A stretch of 63,277 nt of DNA, the filler included, from Bdellovibrionota bacterium (GTDB lineage: Bacteria > Bdellovibrionota > Bdellovibrionia > Bdellovibrionales > JAEYZS01), in the NCBI GenBank assembly GCA_963169515.1. It is 6 parts of 6 records of this genome, joined end to end, with 100 filler letters (N's around TTAATTAATTAA, not from the genome) between each part and the next. Parts side by side here need not be neighbours in the genome. Positions count along the whole stretch, not along the records: positions 1 to 18,350 come from CAUJEF010000113.1; positions 18,451 to 29,705 come from CAUJEF010000114.1; 4 more parts are not named here. The stretch is one strand, 5' to 3'. The translations under genes and the position numbers were made by a program. The notes below the pieces were generated by a model. That model was given only the letters and a program-made list of their open reading frames with translations. It made no database searches and was not told the origin of the DNA. Position 1 is the first letter of the stretch. Every line of letters starts with the position of its first letter. Shown piece by piece: positions 14,788-26,966 of the stretch.

Positions 14788-17184
14788 ATGAAACATATAA
14801 AACTACTTGTCCTTCTTTTTTGCTTGGGGATATGGATGAATGCCGGTGCCCAAGACGAGTTGAATGAGGGTGATGATTTCGGGGATTCAAGCGAGCTCGA
14901 AGAAGAACTGGGTGCCCGTCCGACACAGCCAAACAATGGCAATTCGGGATCAACAACAACACCCGATACATTAAGTCCAGGCACTTTTGGCAGCAAGAAC
15001 CCAAATCCGTCGTTTAATTCTGGAAAGCGCCGCGCCCGCCCGCCCCTGAGCCAAGCCAACACAGAAGATATCACGAACGAAAACTATCCTGAATTGATCG
15101 AAAGCTTTGATTTTCCGAATGCTGAAATCGCTGACGTTGTGAAGGCCATTTCCGAACTGACTGGAAAAAACTTTATTATCGACCCATCGATCCGGGGCAA
15201 AATTACAATTATTGCCCCGACGCAAATTACGGTTGCAGAAGCTTACAAGGCTTTTTTATCGGCCTTGGCGATCAATAATTTTTCAGTCGTTCCGGCGGGA
15301 AAGTTTTTAAAAATTCTTCCAGCTCGTAACGCTTTAAAGGATAACATTGAAATTTACCAAGGCGCTTACACCCCGAACACAGATCAAATGATTACTCGGA
15401 TTGTCCATTTGCGCCATATTCCTGCAACAGAATTTAATAAGTTTGCAAATAACTTAAAATCAAACAGCGGTACGATTGACGTGTACGAACCAACGAACAC
15501 GTTGATTATTTCGGATTTTGGTACGAACGTAAGTCGCATTCAAAAAATTCTATCCCAATTGGACGTGCCCGGGTTCGAAGAACAACTGACAGTGATCCCA
15601 ATCCGTTATGCAAAGGCAAAAGACCTTGCGGACCTGATTGATCAAATCATTAACAAGGGTGAGAAAAACAAACGAACCCAGTTCGGTAGCGGTATTTCAC
15701 GCTTCCGTTCCAGTTCCGAATCCAGCGGTGGCGCTGGGGCAACATCTTTATCCCTTGTACTGCCTGATGATAGAACCAATTCCATTATCGTCGTGGGCAA
15801 CAAAGCGGGAACCGAGAAAATAAAGGGCCTGGTCAAGACCCTTGATTATACAAAAGACGACATGGGCGGCGGAGCTTATGTATATTATGTGAAATACGGC
15901 GAAGCCGAAAAAATTGCGAACACTTTAAATGGCATCGCAAAACAAGTTCAAGAGGCCGAAAAACAAGCCGGCCGTACACCTGGCGCGCCAGGGTTTGGTG
16001 GCATCGAACCTCCAACGATCGATGGCGGGTTTGGCGCGTCCCAACGAAATCAAACTACCGGCGGGGGCGGAACAGCTATGTTTGGCGGAGATGTTAAAAT
16101 CACTGCTGACAAAGATACGAACAGCTTGATCATTCTTGCAAACCGACAAGATTACCGTTCCGTGCTTGCAATGTTGAACAAGCTCGATATTCCACGCGAC
16201 CAAGTTTTTGTTGAAGCTATGATTATGGAGCTTGTCGCTGGAAATTCTTCAAATATTGGAGTGAACTATTTTAAATTTTTAAATCCCCCAGACTCAACAG
16301 CGCGCATGGGCTTTACCGGTGGTAATGTGGAAAGCCTACTGAATGTTGCAGGGACTAGCGGTCTTCTGCTGGGCTTTGCAAGTGGTGCAACCGTAAAAAT
16401 TAAGACCGCAGCTGGTGAAGTTGAAGTCAAAGACACTTTGGGATTTGTCAATGTCCTTAAGGGCAATAGCAACGTGAATGTTCTTTCAACCCCACAAGTG
16501 ATCGCCATGGATAACGAAGAAGCCACAATTGAGGTTGGCGAAACAATCCCAGTGGGAACAGAAACAACACAAAGCGGAACCGGCCCGGCCACGACATCGA
16601 TCAAGCGTGAGGAAGCAACCATCAAGTTGAAAATCACTCCGTATATCTCCCCAAAATCCGAATCCGTTCGATTGAAAATCGATCAGAAAATTAAACAACT
16701 TTCAACCCGTCAAGTTCAGGCGAAGGCCTTGGCAGATGCGTCCGTTGTTACTAACGACCGTGCGCTTGTTACAAATATAGTTGTTCCTGACGGCGACACT
16801 GCGGTTTTGGGCGGATTGATGCGGGACCAAGAGGAAAACACCGTTACAAAGGTTCCAATCCTTGGCGATATCCCGTTACTGGGTTGGTTATTCAAATCGA
16901 CGACCTCGAACGTAAGCAAAGTAAACTTGTTAGTATTCATCACGCCAAAAGTTATTCGCAACCGAGCTGATAGCAATTTGTTATTGGGGCAAAAACTTGA
17001 TGAAAGATTAAATTTTATTAAGGAAAATATGGGTGGTCGCGACAAGCAAGGTGGTTTATTTGAAGCTATGGATCCACGCGTTGGTTTGGCGCCTGCGCCC
17101 AAAAAAGCGGTGGAAAAAACCCCAGAGCAAAAGGATGAAGAGTTATTAGAAGATCTTGACGAACAAAAAGAACTTGAAGAGTAA
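14788..17184 (+). CDS. gspD: Type II secretion secretin GspD
   Basis: N0 domain (FPNAEIADVVKAISELTGKNFIIDP) and secretin motifs QVFVEAMIME and KVPILGDIPLLGWLFK. Start moved to ATG 14788, which follows GAGGAAGG. Confidence 0.96.
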   Translation: MKHIKLLVLLFCLGIWMNAGAQDELNEGDDFGDSSELEEELGARPTQPNNGNSGSTTTPDTLSPGTFGSKNPNPSFNSGKRRARPPLSQANTEDITNENYPELIESFDFPNAEIADVVKAISELTGKNFIIDPSIRGKITIIAPTQITVAEAYKAFLSALAINNFSVVPAGKFLKILPARNALKDNIEIYQGAYTPNTDQMITRIVHLRHIPATEFNKFANNLKSNSGTIDVYEPTNTLIISDFGTNVSRIQKILSQLDVPGFEEQLTVIPIRYAKAKDLADLIDQIINKGEKNKRTQFGSGISRFRSSSESSGGAGATSLSLVLPDDRTNSIIVVGNKAGTEKIKGLVKTLDYTKDDMGGGAYVYYVKYGEAEKIANTLNGIAKQVQEAEKQAGRTPGAPGFGGIEPPTIDGGFGASQRNQTTGGGGTAMFGGDVKITADKDTNSLIILANRQDYRSVLAMLNKLDIPRDQVFVEAMIMELVAGNSSNIGVNYFKFLNPPDSTARMGFTGGNVESLLNVAGTSGLLLGFASGATVKIKTAAGEVEVKDTLGFVNVLKGNSNVNVLSTPQVIAMDNEEATIEVGETIPVGTETTQSGTGPATTSIKREEATIKLKITPYISPKSESVRLKIDQKIKQLSTRQVQAKALADASVVTNDRALVTNIVVPDGDTAVLGGLMRDQEENTVTKVPILGDIPLLGWLFKSTTSNVSKVNLLVFITPKVIRNRADSNLLLGQKLDERLNFIKENMGGRDKQGGLFEAMDPRVGLAPAPKKAVEKTPEQKDEELLEDLDEQKELEE

Positions 17185-17190
17185 TTGTGA

Positions 17191-18350
17191 ATGGCCAATG
17201 AAAGTGTCGGAAATATTTTATTAAAAAATACCTCTATGGACGAAAAAGAGCTGAACACTCTTTTTGCGACCGAAACCGAAGAGGGTGTTCCGCTTGGTGA
17301 ATTGCTAAGCCAGAAGAATTTTGCAAACCCCGATGCTGTTTTGGCTGAGCTTTGTAAACAGTTGGGGTCTGAATTCTTAAAAGATATTCCTGTAAATGAT
17401 ATCCCGCCGGACCTCGTCCGAAATCTTCCGATCAACTATGCAAAAACGCACTCCGTCCTCCCCTTCAAAGAAACCCCGCAAAATATCACCGTGTTAACGG
17501 CCAACCCGCTAAATTATCGTGCATTGGATGATTTGCGCGCAATGTTTGGAAAGCAAGTCCAAGCCCTTGTAGCATCTAGCCCCAAAATTCAAGACGCGAT
17601 CAACAAAGTTTACGAAAAAAGTACGGCTGGCCTTGAGGGCTTGGATCAAATTGAAAATGCGGATTATGACTTGGACGAGCCGATCATTGATTTGTTAGAG
17701 GCTGGCGATGATGACGCCCCAGTTATTAAACTGGTTAACACTTTGTTGTTTCGTGCCGTAAAAGAAAAAGCTTCGGATATCCATATTGAACCTTATGAAA
17801 AAGACATGGTGGTTCGTTTTCGAATTGACGGTGTATTATATGATATTTTTAAGCCGCCAAAAAAATTGCAGAACTCGATCACTTCTCGTATCAAAGTTAT
17901 GGGCAATTTAAATATCGCAGAAAAACGCTTGCCCCAAGATGGTCGGATTCCATTGAAACTTGCGGGTAAAGATATAGATATTCGTTTGAATACGGTTCCG
18001 ACCTCACACGGTGAACGGCTCGTTATGCGTCTTCAAGACAGATCCAACGTGATCCTAGAACTTGAACAATTGGGATTCATGGGCGATAGCATGACGGCCA
18101 TCACGGATCTTTTGGCAAAAACACATGGCATCGTGCTTGTTACAGGGCCGACGGGTTCAGGTAAATCCACGACCCTGTACGCTTGCATTATGAAAATCAA
18201 TTCGATCGAACGAAATATCATCACCGTTGAAGATCCCGTCGAGCAACGAATTCACGGCATTGGACAGATTCAAGTAAATTCAAAAATTGGACTGACATTT
18301 GCCAGTGGTCTGCGCGCAATCCTTCGGCAAGACCCTGACGTCATAATGAT
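17191..18350 (+). CDS. gspE: Type II secretion ATPase GspE, 3'-truncated by contig end
   Basis: ASDIHIEP, AEKRLPQDGR, Walker A GPTGSGKST, TVEDPVE and ILRQDPDVIM. Confidence 0.95.
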
Positions 18351-18450
18351 NNNNNNNNNNNNNNNNNNNNNNNNNNNNNNNNNNNNNNNNNNNNTTAATT
18401 AATTAANNNNNNNNNNNNNNNNNNNNNNNNNNNNNNNNNNNNNNNNNNNN
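18351..18450. other. Artificial contig linker
   Basis: 44 N + TTAATTAATTAA (stops in all six frames) + 44 N. Confidence 0.98.
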
Positions 18451-19265
18451 TGAATGGTGGGGTACCACTTCCCATTTTAGATAATTGGAGCCTGCGCTTG
18501 ACAACGCGACGTAGTTTTGACGTGGATTTGGAAAACTTAGGGGATCGCGGTGTTCGGATCATAAAAAACGAATCTGTTTTGGGTATTGAAAAGGAAGGGC
18601 GAAAAATAAAATCACTTAAGTTAACCGGCGATATAATTGCGGCAGATAACTATTTTTTCTTCCTCTCGCAAGAAGAAATCCAATATCTAAACAAGGACAT
18701 TGCAGTGGCTCTGTTTCAGAACAACTTAATTCGACCACAATGGTATTGGTCGAAATACCGTATTCTTGTAAAACCCACCTGGGTTTCCGATTCATTCCCA
18801 AAGGCATTTGTTATGGTGGACCCGTTTTTGCCATGGTCACATCATGAAATGATTGTCGTACATCGTGGCAGCATGATGGACGAGTTCAACTTGTGGGTGC
18901 GTATCCCATATCAGAGGCGGTTTGATATGGATTATCTGAAGAAGATCGGGGAGCGGATTCAAATTAAGTTTTTAGAAAAATGCCCGCAAACAATGATGAA
19001 GGACTTTGAACTGCCGGTAGAGTTCGGTGCATCGTCGATTTCCATGGGGCCGCCGCCATTTCCAGTTTTTGATACCGAGGCATTGAAAGCCTCGAGCACT
19101 CCAACATTTGATAATTCGAAGGTGTCTGGACCAGAACAATGGGACCGTTTGGATTGGGAATCGGTGCTAAGTTATCAAAACGAAATTTTTAACAATATTC
19201 AGATGTCTTCGAAAACAACTGAAAAGGTAAGGAGACGGGGCCGTGATCTTGAGATATACTCGTAA
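18451..19265 (+). CDS. 5'-truncated hypothetical protein, possibly the C-terminal part of an FAD-oxidoreductase-like fold
   Basis: The frame is open from the contig edge (18453). GVRIIKNESVLGIEKEGRKIKSL resembles a Rossmann-domain segment. Overlaps the purB start. Confidence 0.5.
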
Positions 19266-20529
19266 AGAGATGGGGAGCATATTTTCCCCCGACGCACGAT
19301 TCAAATTTATGTTGGATGTCGAAAGGGCTGTGGCGGAAGCTCAGGGTGAGCTAAAAATTATCCCGATACAGGCAGCAGAAGACATTTTGAAAAAATCAAA
19401 GTTTTCTGTCGGGCGTATCCAGAAACTAGAAGAAAAAACGAGACACGATGTGATTGCCTTTGTGTCAAATGTTGCTGAAAGCGTAGGGCCCAATGGTAAG
19501 TTCGTTCACTATGGCTTAACGAGCTCAGATGTATTGGACACGGCTTTAAATTTGCAAATTGTTTCCGCTCACCGAATTCTTTCAAAATCCATCCAAGCGT
19601 TGAAAAAGGCGTTTAAAGAAAAAATTAGAGAGCACAAGAAAACCCTGTGCGCGGGACGAACACATGGTATCCATGCGGAGCCAACCACCTTTGGCCTGAA
19701 ACTTGCGGGTTTTTATGCGGAATTGAAGCGTAATGAGGATCGGTTGGAGACTGCAGTGGCGGCGGCATCGGTTGTAAAATTGAGTGGAGCTGTGGGAACC
19801 TATTCCAGTCTTGGAAGCGAAGTCGAAAAAAAGGTTGCTGAAAAATTGAATTTCATGACGGAGACAGTCGCTACTCAAGTGATACCGCGTGATCGCCACG
19901 CGGAAGTGATATTAAGTTTAGCATTATTGGGTGCGGGGCTGGAGCGCTTTGCCATCGAGCTTCGCCATTTGCAACGGACCGAAGTTTCAGAGGTAGAGGA
20001 GGGCTTTGCAAAGGGCCAAAAAGGCTCAAGTGCGATGCCACATAAGAAAAATCCTATTAGTGCTGAAAATATTACGGGAATTGCGCGTCTTTTGAGGTCT
20101 TATGCGCAGCCCGCTCTTGAAAATGTGGCCTTGTGGCATGAGCGTGATATTAGTCACTCGTCGGTTGAACGCGTGATACTTCCGGATGCATTTATTCTCG
20201 CTGATTATGCAATAGCTCGGATGACCGATTTGCTTAAAGGGCTTGTGGTTAATAAAAAACGAATGTTGGAGAATATGGCTCTTTCAAAGGGACAGTTATT
20301 TTCATCTCAGCTGCTTTTGGCTTTGGTTAAAAAGGGTTTAAGTCGGGAAGATGCTTACAAACACGTTCAAAGCTTAAGCCATTCATTAAAAAATGGGGAA
20401 AATTTAGAATCAAAGGCGTTGAAACATAAAGTAATAAAAAAGTATTTAAAGCAAACGGAGATCAAAAAAGCATTTAGCGGGAATTTGGAAGCGGTTGGAA
20501 AAATTTTGGAATCCATAGTGAGGTCCTGA
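19243..20529 (+). CDS. purB: Adenylosuccinate lyase
   Basis: HYGLTSSD, GRTHGIHAEP and GSSAMPHKKNP. Confidence 0.97.
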   Translation: MILRYTRKEMGSIFSPDARFKFMLDVERAVAEAQGELKIIPIQAAEDILKKSKFSVGRIQKLEEKTRHDVIAFVSNVAESVGPNGKFVHYGLTSSDVLDTALNLQIVSAHRILSKSIQALKKAFKEKIREHKKTLCAGRTHGIHAEPTTFGLKLAGFYAELKRNEDRLETAVAAASVVKLSGAVGTYSSLGSEVEKKVAEKLNFMTETVATQVIPRDRHAEVILSLALLGAGLERFAIELRHLQRTEVSEVEEGFAKGQKGSSAMPHKKNPISAENITGIARLLRSYAQPALENVALWHERDISHSSVERVILPDAFILADYAIARMTDLLKGLVVNKKRMLENMALSKGQLFSSQLLLALVKKGLSREDAYKHVQSLSHSLKNGENLESKALKHKVIKKYLKQTEIKKAFSGNLEAVGKILESIVRS

Positions 20530-21269
20530 TGGGATATCAAAAAGGAAATTTAATTTATGAGGGGAAAGCCAAAAGGCTTTTTGAAGTTGCGGGTTACCCA
20601 GAATTGGTCTGGCAAGAGTTCAAGGATAGCATGACGGCATTTAACGGGGCAAAGAAGGCTGAATTAAATGATAAAGGCCCTCTTAATCGCAATATATGCA
20701 CTACAATTTTTAAATATCTTAAGAAAAAAGGAATTAAATCTCACTGGATTCAAAGTCCAGGAACCCGAGATATGATCACAGAGAAATTGAAAATGATCCC
20801 GCTAGAGGTGGTCGTTAGAAATAAAGCGGCCGGATCTTTAGTGAAGCGACTTGGGATAGCAGAAAAGAAAGACCTTGTTCCACCGCTAGTTGAATTTTTC
20901 TATAAAAATGATGCTCTTGGTGATCCATTTATTAATGATGAGCAAGCATTAATGCTGAACACAGCAAAGGATTTGAATGAAATTCAGAAATTGAAGTCTG
21001 CAGCAGTGCGAATCAATGCTGAATTAAAAGTATTTTTTGGAGAAATGGGATTGGATCTTGTCGATTTTAAGCTGGAATTTGGTCGAAACTCTAATGGTGA
21101 GCTAATTTTAGCTGACGAAATTTCTCCGGACAGCTGTAGATTATGGGATTTCAAAACCGGGGAAGTAAAGGACAAGGATCGCTTTCGCAAAGATTTGGGA
21201 AACGTGATAGAAAGTTATCGCGATATTGAGAACCGAATTCGAACCCATTGGAAAGAACTATTGCCTTAA
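20529..21269 (+). CDS. purC: SAICAR synthetase
   Basis: YEGKAK, IPLEVVVRN, LVDFKLEFG and LADEISPDSCRLWD. Confidence 0.97.
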   Translation: MGYQKGNLIYEGKAKRLFEVAGYPELVWQEFKDSMTAFNGAKKAELNDKGPLNRNICTTIFKYLKKKGIKSHWIQSPGTRDMITEKLKMIPLEVVVRNKAAGSLVKRLGIAEKKDLVPPLVEFFYKNDALGDPFINDEQALMLNTAKDLNEIQKLKSAAVRINAELKVFFGEMGLDLVDFKLEFGRNSNGELILADEISPDSCRLWDFKTGEVKDKDRFRKDLGNVIESYRDIENRIRTHWKELLP

Positions 21270-21316
21270 ACTTAAAGCCTACCCACGGAAAATGGCAAGG
21301 CAAGAAAGGAATAAAA

Positions 21317-21553
21317 GTGAAAGTGGCTGTTAAAGTTTTACCTAAGAGTGAAGTGCTTGATACCCAAGGCCGTGCTGTTCAAAATGCGCTCAAACAACAG
21401 GGGTATGATTTGAAAGAGTGTCGTATTGGGAAATACATCGTTATCGACGTCGACACAGATAGCGAAAAAACCGCATTGAAAGAGGCTGAGAAAATGGCTC
21501 AGGCGGTTTTGCATAATAACTTGATCGAAACCTATGAGATAGATGTATTGTGA
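21317..21553 (+). CDS. purS: FGAM synthase subunit PurS
   Basis: VLDTQG, RIGKYI and LHNNLIETY. GTG start after AAGGA. Confidence 0.92.
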   Translation: MKVAVKVLPKSEVLDTQGRAVQNALKQQGYDLKECRIGKYIVIDVDTDSEKTALKEAEKMAQAVLHNNLIETYEIDVL

Positions 21554-22200
21554 ATAAAGTTGGTGTATTAAGATTTCCAGGAACCAATTGCGATCGTGAT
21601 ATTTGGCAAGCGGTCGAAACGGTGAAAGCTAAACCTGAGTGGCTGTGGCATACGGATCGCTTTGGGTGGAAAGACTATAAGGCCCTGGTTATCCCAGGTG
21701 GTTTCAGTTACGGTGATTACCTCAGAACGGGAGCGCTTGCGGCCATGAGCCCAGTTATGAAAAGCTTGAAGGAGGCCATAGATCACGGAGTCCCAGTTAT
21801 TGGAATTTGCAATGGCTTTCAGATTTTATGTGAAGCACGGATCTTACCGGGTGCTCTGCTCAGGAACGAAAAACTTAAGTTTCAAGACAAATGGGTTCAG
21901 GTAAAAGTCGAAAACAATAAAATCCCTTGGAGTGCTAATTTTGAAAAAAACAGAAAAGTTCGTTTGCCGATTGCGCATGGTGATGGGCGATATTATGCCG
22001 ATTCGGAGACTTTGAAAAAAATCGAAGATCGGGGACAAGTGTGGTGCCGCTATTTGGATAATCCGAATGGGTCATTAAATGATATTGCGGGTGTGGTAAA
22101 TGACAAGGGCAATGTTGTGGCGTTAATGCCACATCCAGAGCGAGCGATCTTTGACTGGATGGGATCAAATGACGGGATTGGCTTTTTTAACTGGCTATAA
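21550..22200 (+). CDS. purQ: FGAM synthase subunit PurQ
   Basis: FPGTNCD, PGGFSYGDYLR, GICNGFQ and MPHPER. Confidence 0.97.
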   Translation: MNKVGVLRFPGTNCDRDIWQAVETVKAKPEWLWHTDRFGWKDYKALVIPGGFSYGDYLRTGALAAMSPVMKSLKEAIDHGVPVIGICNGFQILCEARILPGALLRNEKLKFQDKWVQVKVENNKIPWSANFEKNRKVRLPIAHGDGRYYADSETLKKIEDRGQVWCRYLDNPNGSLNDIAGVVNDKGNVVALMPHPERAIFDWMGSNDGIGFFNWL

Positions 22201-22209
22201 AGGCAGAAA

Positions 22210-24399
22210 ATGGAATTAAAAAATAAACTTAAAGCCTATCGTTTGAGCGAAGAGGAATATAAAAAGATTTCGAATCTTCTTGGTCGCGCCCCTAAGGGAG
22301 TAGAGTGGGCATTATTCAGTGCGCTTTGGAGTGAACACTGTTCTTATAAAAGCAGCAAAGTTCACCTTAAAAAATTATTTAAGCAATCCCCGCGAGTTGT
22401 CGTAGCCTTTGGTGAAAATGCGGGTGTTGTAGATCTTGGGCAGGGTGAACGTGTTGCCTTTAAAATGGAAAGTCATAATCACCCAAGTTTTATCGAGCCT
22501 TACCAAGGTGCTGCGACTGGCGTCGGCGGAATTTTGCGTGATATTTTTACCATGGGCGCACGGCCGGTAGCTCTTGCAAACTATTTGTGTTTTGGTCCAA
22601 CCGATAGCGATCGTATGCCATATCTTATAGACGGGGTTGTAAGCGGCATCAGTGGTTATGGAAATTGCGTGGGGGTTCCAACAATTACTGGACAGACCGA
22701 GTTTCACAGATCCTATAAAAATAATATTCTGGTGAATGCGTTGGCGGTCGGACTGTTCGAAGAGGGCGACCGGGTGTTCCTGTCAAAAGCAGAAGGCCAA
22801 GGCAACCACATAGTCTACGTTGGCGCAAAGACGGGACGAGATGGTGTTCATGGGGCGAGCATGGCGAGTGAATCGTTTGACGAGGATTCAGAATCAAAGC
22901 GCCCAACAATCCAAATTGGCGACCCGTTTTTTGAAAAGCTTTTGATTGAGTCTTGTATTGACGTTATGAAACAAGACCTAGTCGTTGCGATTCAAGATAT
23001 GGGTGCGGCAGGATTGATCAGTTCTTCTTTTGAAATGGCCTCAAAGGGCGGTGTGGGATTTGATATATGGCTGGATCAGGTTCCACTGCGTGACACATCA
23101 ATTACACCAGAAGAGATTTTACTTTCTGAATCACAAGAAAGAATGCTTCTTGTATGCGAACCTGAAAAGCTTGAAGCCTTGCAAAGTGTATTTCATCGCT
23201 GGGGGCTTGATGCAACCGTGATTGGTGAAATAACGACCCGTAAAAAAATTCGTTTGTTTTGGCACGACGAACTGTTGACAGATATTGACCCAGATCTTTT
23301 GGTCGAAGAGGCGCCCGAGCACACCCGTCCATTTGAACCATGGCAGCCGGCCCATCGAGTGGATACGGTTCGTGAGATTGGTTTAAAAATAAAAAAAGCA
23401 AGTGAGACATTGAATGGAATTTTAACAAGTCAACAAGGGAAGTCCCGAGCTTGGGTTTTTCGACAATACGATCAACGTGTCGGCGCAAACACTGTCTATG
23501 ATTGCGAAGTCGGGATCGGAGCTATTCGTTTACCGAGAACAAATCGAGCCCTGGGTCTTGCGCTGGGCTGTCGCCCTCAGGTTATGCGATTTGATGCCGC
23601 CGAAGGCGCAAAAGATGCGGTTTTTTTACCTGCCTTGGAACTGGCAGCAAAGGGCTTTGAGCCTATTGCTGTGACAGACTGTTTGAACTTTGGAAACCCA
23701 GAGCGACTAGAAATCATGTCTGAGTTCGTTGCAACAACACGAAACGTAAGTTTAGCGTGTGAGTCGCTTGTGACCCCAATCATTAGCGGAAATGTGAGCC
23801 TTTATAATGAAACCGACGGGGAAAACATCACTTCGACGCCTTCTATCGGAATGATCGGCTTGCGATCTCATCTGGAGAAGCTGCCGAAAGAACATTTTAC
23901 AGAGGAAAAACAAAAAATTTATCTTGTAAGATCGGTGCAGCTAACTACAGGTGGCCAGCTTCAAGAAGATCAAGATGAAACAACTTATGGAACCGGCCAG
24001 ATTGTGCCGACGAAGGCGGCTGAATTTGTGAATTCGATCCTGTATATAGCCAATGGCGCTGGAGTCACGTCATCTAAGGTTGTTGGTAAATATGGCCTGG
24101 CATACGCGTTGGCTCGGATGTGCAAAGGCGATATTGGCTGTGAAGTGTACGTGGTGGGTAAAAATTTGGCTCTGGCAAAAGATGAAGATTTGTTTCTTGA
24201 GCATTTCTATGAAGTCCTTTTTGTGGTAGAGCAGAAACATTCGGGTGACTTCGAATTACGTTTAAAGCAAAAAAAATTAGATTTCTTTATGATCGGTCAA
24301 ACGATAAAAAATGAATTCAAAATTGATAGGTCAATTCAGATGAAGCTGAAGAATCTTTCAGAGGCGTACGAAAGCCCATTTGTCGAGGATGCAAAATGA
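22210..24399 (+). CDS. purL: FGAM synthase subunit PurL
   Basis: [34 protein letters not shown] and DCLNFGNP. Confidence 0.97.
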   Translation: MELKNKLKAYRLSEEEYKKISNLLGRAPKGVEWALFSALWSEHCSYKSSKVHLKKLFKQSPRVVVAFGENAGVVDLGQGERVAFKMESHNHPSFIEPYQGAATGVGGILRDIFTMGARPVALANYLCFGPTDSDRMPYLIDGVVSGISGYGNCVGVPTITGQTEFHRSYKNNILVNALAVGLFEEGDRVFLSKAEGQGNHIVYVGAKTGRDGVHGASMASESFDEDSESKRPTIQIGDPFFEKLLIESCIDVMKQDLVVAIQDMGAAGLISSSFEMASKGGVGFDIWLDQVPLRDTSITPEEILLSESQERMLLVCEPEKLEALQSVFHRWGLDATVIGEITTRKKIRLFWHDELLTDIDPDLLVEEAPEHTRPFEPWQPAHRVDTVREIGLKIKKASETLNGILTSQQGKSRAWVFRQYDQRVGANTVYDCEVGIGAIRLPRTNRALGLALGCRPQVMRFDAAEGAKDAVFLPALELAAKGFEPIAVTDCLNFGNPERLEIMSEFVATTRNVSLACESLVTPIISGNVSLYNETDGENITSTPSIGMIGLRSHLEKLPKEHFTEEKQKIYLVRSVQLTTGGQLQEDQDETTYGTGQIVPTKAAEFVNSILYIANGAGVTSSKVVGKYGLAYALARMCKGDIGCEVYVVGKNLALAKDEDLFLEHFYEVLFVVEQKHSGDFELRLKQKKLDFFMIGQTIKNEFKIDRSIQMKLKNLSEAYESPFVEDAK

Positions 24400-25805
24400 T
24401 GTCTAAAAAATGGAAAGACGAATGTGGAGTATTCGGGGTTTGGAACGACCACGACGCTAGCCGGTTAACCTATTTGGGCCTTTACGCGCTTCAACACCGC
24501 GGGCAGGAATCTGCCGGAATTGTTTCACTGGAAAACGTGGGTGAGAAGGGTGTTCATTTCAACCATAAAGGTTTGGGTTTGGTTGCCGACGTTTTTCAAG
24601 AATCTGACCTTGATACGCTGAAGGGGCGTGTGGCGATCGGGCATGTTCGTTATTCAACGACGGGTTCGAATTTGCTGTCGAATGCGCAGCCATTGACGGC
24701 AACCCTTCGCCGCACGCAGATTGCAATTGCTCACAACGGAAACATTGTAAACAACAAGCAGATTCGGGAAATGTTGTCTAATGAAGGGGCAATATTTCAA
24801 GGAACGACGGACACTGAAGTCCTTCTTCATATGTTGGCAAAAAAGCAGAACATGAAATTTATCGACGCCTTAAAATCAAGCGTTTCGACACTTGAGGGCG
24901 CCTACAGTTTGCTTCTTATGACTCGAAAAAAATTAATCGCGATTCGTGATCCGCATGGTTTCAGGCCCCTTGTTTTGGGTAGCAAAATCAATACAAGAGG
25001 GGAAAAGGCATGGGTACTGTCGTCTGAAACCTGTGCTTTTGATTTGATCGGTGCAAAGTTTGAGCGTGAAATTGAGCCTGGCGAAATGTTCTGGATCGAT
25101 CACACGGGTGAGACCCATTCAACCCGTTATACTGAAAACAAAGCTCACGCGAAGTGTATTTTTGAACACGTCTATTTTTCAAGACCGGATAGCGTTGTGT
25201 TTGGCCAAAGCGTTTATGAGTCTCGAAAGAATTTTGGACGCGAATTAGCGCGGGAATCGAAAGTCTCTGCAGATGTTGTTATCCCAGTTCCAGATAGCGG
25301 TGTGCCGGCAGCTCTCGGCTACAGCCAACAAAGTGGAATTCCATTTGAGCTGGGTATTATCAGAAATCACTATGTTGGACGAACATTTATTGAGCCCAAG
25401 CAATCTATTCGCAGTTTTGGAGTGAAGGTAAAATTAAATCCCCAGTCGGCTATATTAAATGGGAAACGAGTCATTGTGATAGACGATTCGCTCGTACGCG
25501 GGACAACCAGCAAGAAAATTATTTCTCTAATTCGTCACGCAGGTGCCACAGAAGTCCATTTAAAAATTGCGGCTCCTCCTACCACAGGACCATGCTATTA
25601 CGGGGTGGATACACCCCATAAGAGCGAACTGATTGCGGCGACAAAGTCGATAGAAGAAATCCGAGAGTTCGTGGGGGCCGATTCTTTGTCCTATCTGACT
25701 GAAAGCGGAATGTTTAAGGCGATGAATTCATCAAACGAAGTCTACTGTGCCGCTTGTTTCAACGGCAAGTATCCAACCCCACTATTTGGTCTCGATGAAG
25801 AATAG
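24396..25805 (+). CDS. purF: Amidophosphoribosyltransferase
   Basis: ECGVFG, LQHRGQE, GHVRYST and DDSLVRGTT. Confidence 0.97.
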   Translation: MMSKKWKDECGVFGVWNDHDASRLTYLGLYALQHRGQESAGIVSLENVGEKGVHFNHKGLGLVADVFQESDLDTLKGRVAIGHVRYSTTGSNLLSNAQPLTATLRRTQIAIAHNGNIVNNKQIREMLSNEGAIFQGTTDTEVLLHMLAKKQNMKFIDALKSSVSTLEGAYSLLLMTRKKLIAIRDPHGFRPLVLGSKINTRGEKAWVLSSETCAFDLIGAKFEREIEPGEMFWIDHTGETHSTRYTENKAHAKCIFEHVYFSRPDSVVFGQSVYESRKNFGRELARESKVSADVVIPVPDSGVPAALGYSQQSGIPFELGIIRNHYVGRTFIEPKQSIRSFGVKVKLNPQSAILNGKRVIVIDDSLVRGTTSKKIISLIRHAGATEVHLKIAAPPTTGPCYYGVDTPHKSELIAATKSIEEIREFVGADSLSYLTESGMFKAMNSSNEVYCAACFNGKYPTPLFGLDEE

Positions 25806-25806
25806 T

Positions 25807-26532
25807 ATGAAATTTTATAGCATTGTTGCCCATGGTATGAATTTGCACCCTGCACGCATGGGTGAGTTCGAAAAAATGCTTCAAAACTGGGGTGGAGGAA
25901 CCTACAATTTAGTTTTTCGAGGTCACAGGCCGGGTGAAGTGGATCTATATAATACGGCTCAAACCGAGCACTGGTTTTCAGATTTGGACCGGGCCTTTGG
26001 ATATTATAAAGCGAACTATTCTGATTTGCCTCTATTTTACCTGGGATACTCTCTGGGTGGGTTGGTTGGCGTTTCTTACTTACAGAAAAACGAAGAATTT
26101 AAAACCGCCATGAAAAAGATGGTTTTGGTTGCGCCTGCCCTGGCCCCACGGGATTATTTGGTTTGGATTGCGCGAACTACGGGGTATCCAAATGTTCCTG
26201 TCCCCAGTTTGAATATTAAAAATTACAATGTTCACAAGTGGTCCTCCATTCGGGTCAACAATGAAATTTATAAATTAATTAAAGGATTGAGACCGCCAAA
26301 AAGCTCCGAAGCGCTTGTGCTACTCAACAGAAAAGACGAATTGATCAGCTATGCAGGAACCGCAAAGTTTATTCAAGACAGAGAGCTTCAGAACTGGAAA
26401 ATCTATGATTTAAAGCCCGCCCGCTCATGGCGACAACCGATGCCGCAGCATTTAATAGTGGACGAAAAAACAATGGGCAAAAAAGCGTGGGAAGATTCTC
26501 AAAGGGAAATCTATAGTTTCTTGAAGATTTAG
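25807..26532 (+). CDS. Alpha/beta hydrolase (esterase/lysophospholipase-like)
   Basis: AHGMN, GYSLGG nucleophile elbow, KDELIS and QH. ATG 1 nt after the purF stop. Confidence 0.8.
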   Translation: MKFYSIVAHGMNLHPARMGEFEKMLQNWGGGTYNLVFRGHRPGEVDLYNTAQTEHWFSDLDRAFGYYKANYSDLPLFYLGYSLGGLVGVSYLQKNEEFKTAMKKMVLVAPALAPRDYLVWIARTTGYPNVPVPSLNIKNYNVHKWSSIRVNNEIYKLIKGLRPPKSSEALVLLNRKDELISYAGTAKFIQDRELQNWKIYDLKPARSWRQPMPQHLIVDEKTMGKKAWEDSQREIYSFLKI

Positions 26533-26966
26533 CTTCGAACAACTTGGCAGACAGGTTTTTTATTTTCCAAGCGGCATTTTAGATCGTCGATCCCCATCCG
26601 TAGCGCGAGCTTTCGTTCAAAGAATTGGAACGGGGAGGTTTTAAATTTTCGTGTTTTGAAATAAATTGAATCTGAAATCTTTAAAGCTCGAACCAAATCA
26701 AGAGCGTTGGAATCTCGGCAAATGCCAGTTTCATCGGCTGCCGCCATACATCGTGAAGCATACTCCACCACTTCATTTACGGCTTCGGTGTAATTGCGAA
26801 TTTCGTGCGTTTCGGGCTTTGTTTTTAGTCCCTTGATTTCTTTTTCCAGCAAAATACGAACGTCACGATGGAAAAATCTGTCAGCCACTAGATACAATGA
26901 ACTCGCTAAGAGTATTCCAAGCAGAATAAATGGGACTATGTATGTTTTTATATTTGTTTGTCGCAT
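26529..26966 (-). CDS. Hypothetical membrane-anchored protein
   Basis: One N-terminal TM helix and four Cys. Overlaps the upstream gene. Confidence 0.55.
   Translation of the reverse strand: MRQTNIKTYIVPFILLGILLASSLYLVADRFFHRDVRILLEKEIKGLKTKPETHEIRNYTEAVNEVVEYASRCMAAADETGICRDSNALDLVRALKISDSIYFKTRKFKTSPFQFFERKLALRMGIDDLKCRLENKKPVCQVVRS

Noticed and set aside
16716..17435. 239-aa antisense ORF and the many other shadow ORFs (e.g. 43432-43977, 47872-48351, 58275-58766)
   Set aside because: They lie opposite well-conserved genes and show no protein motifs.
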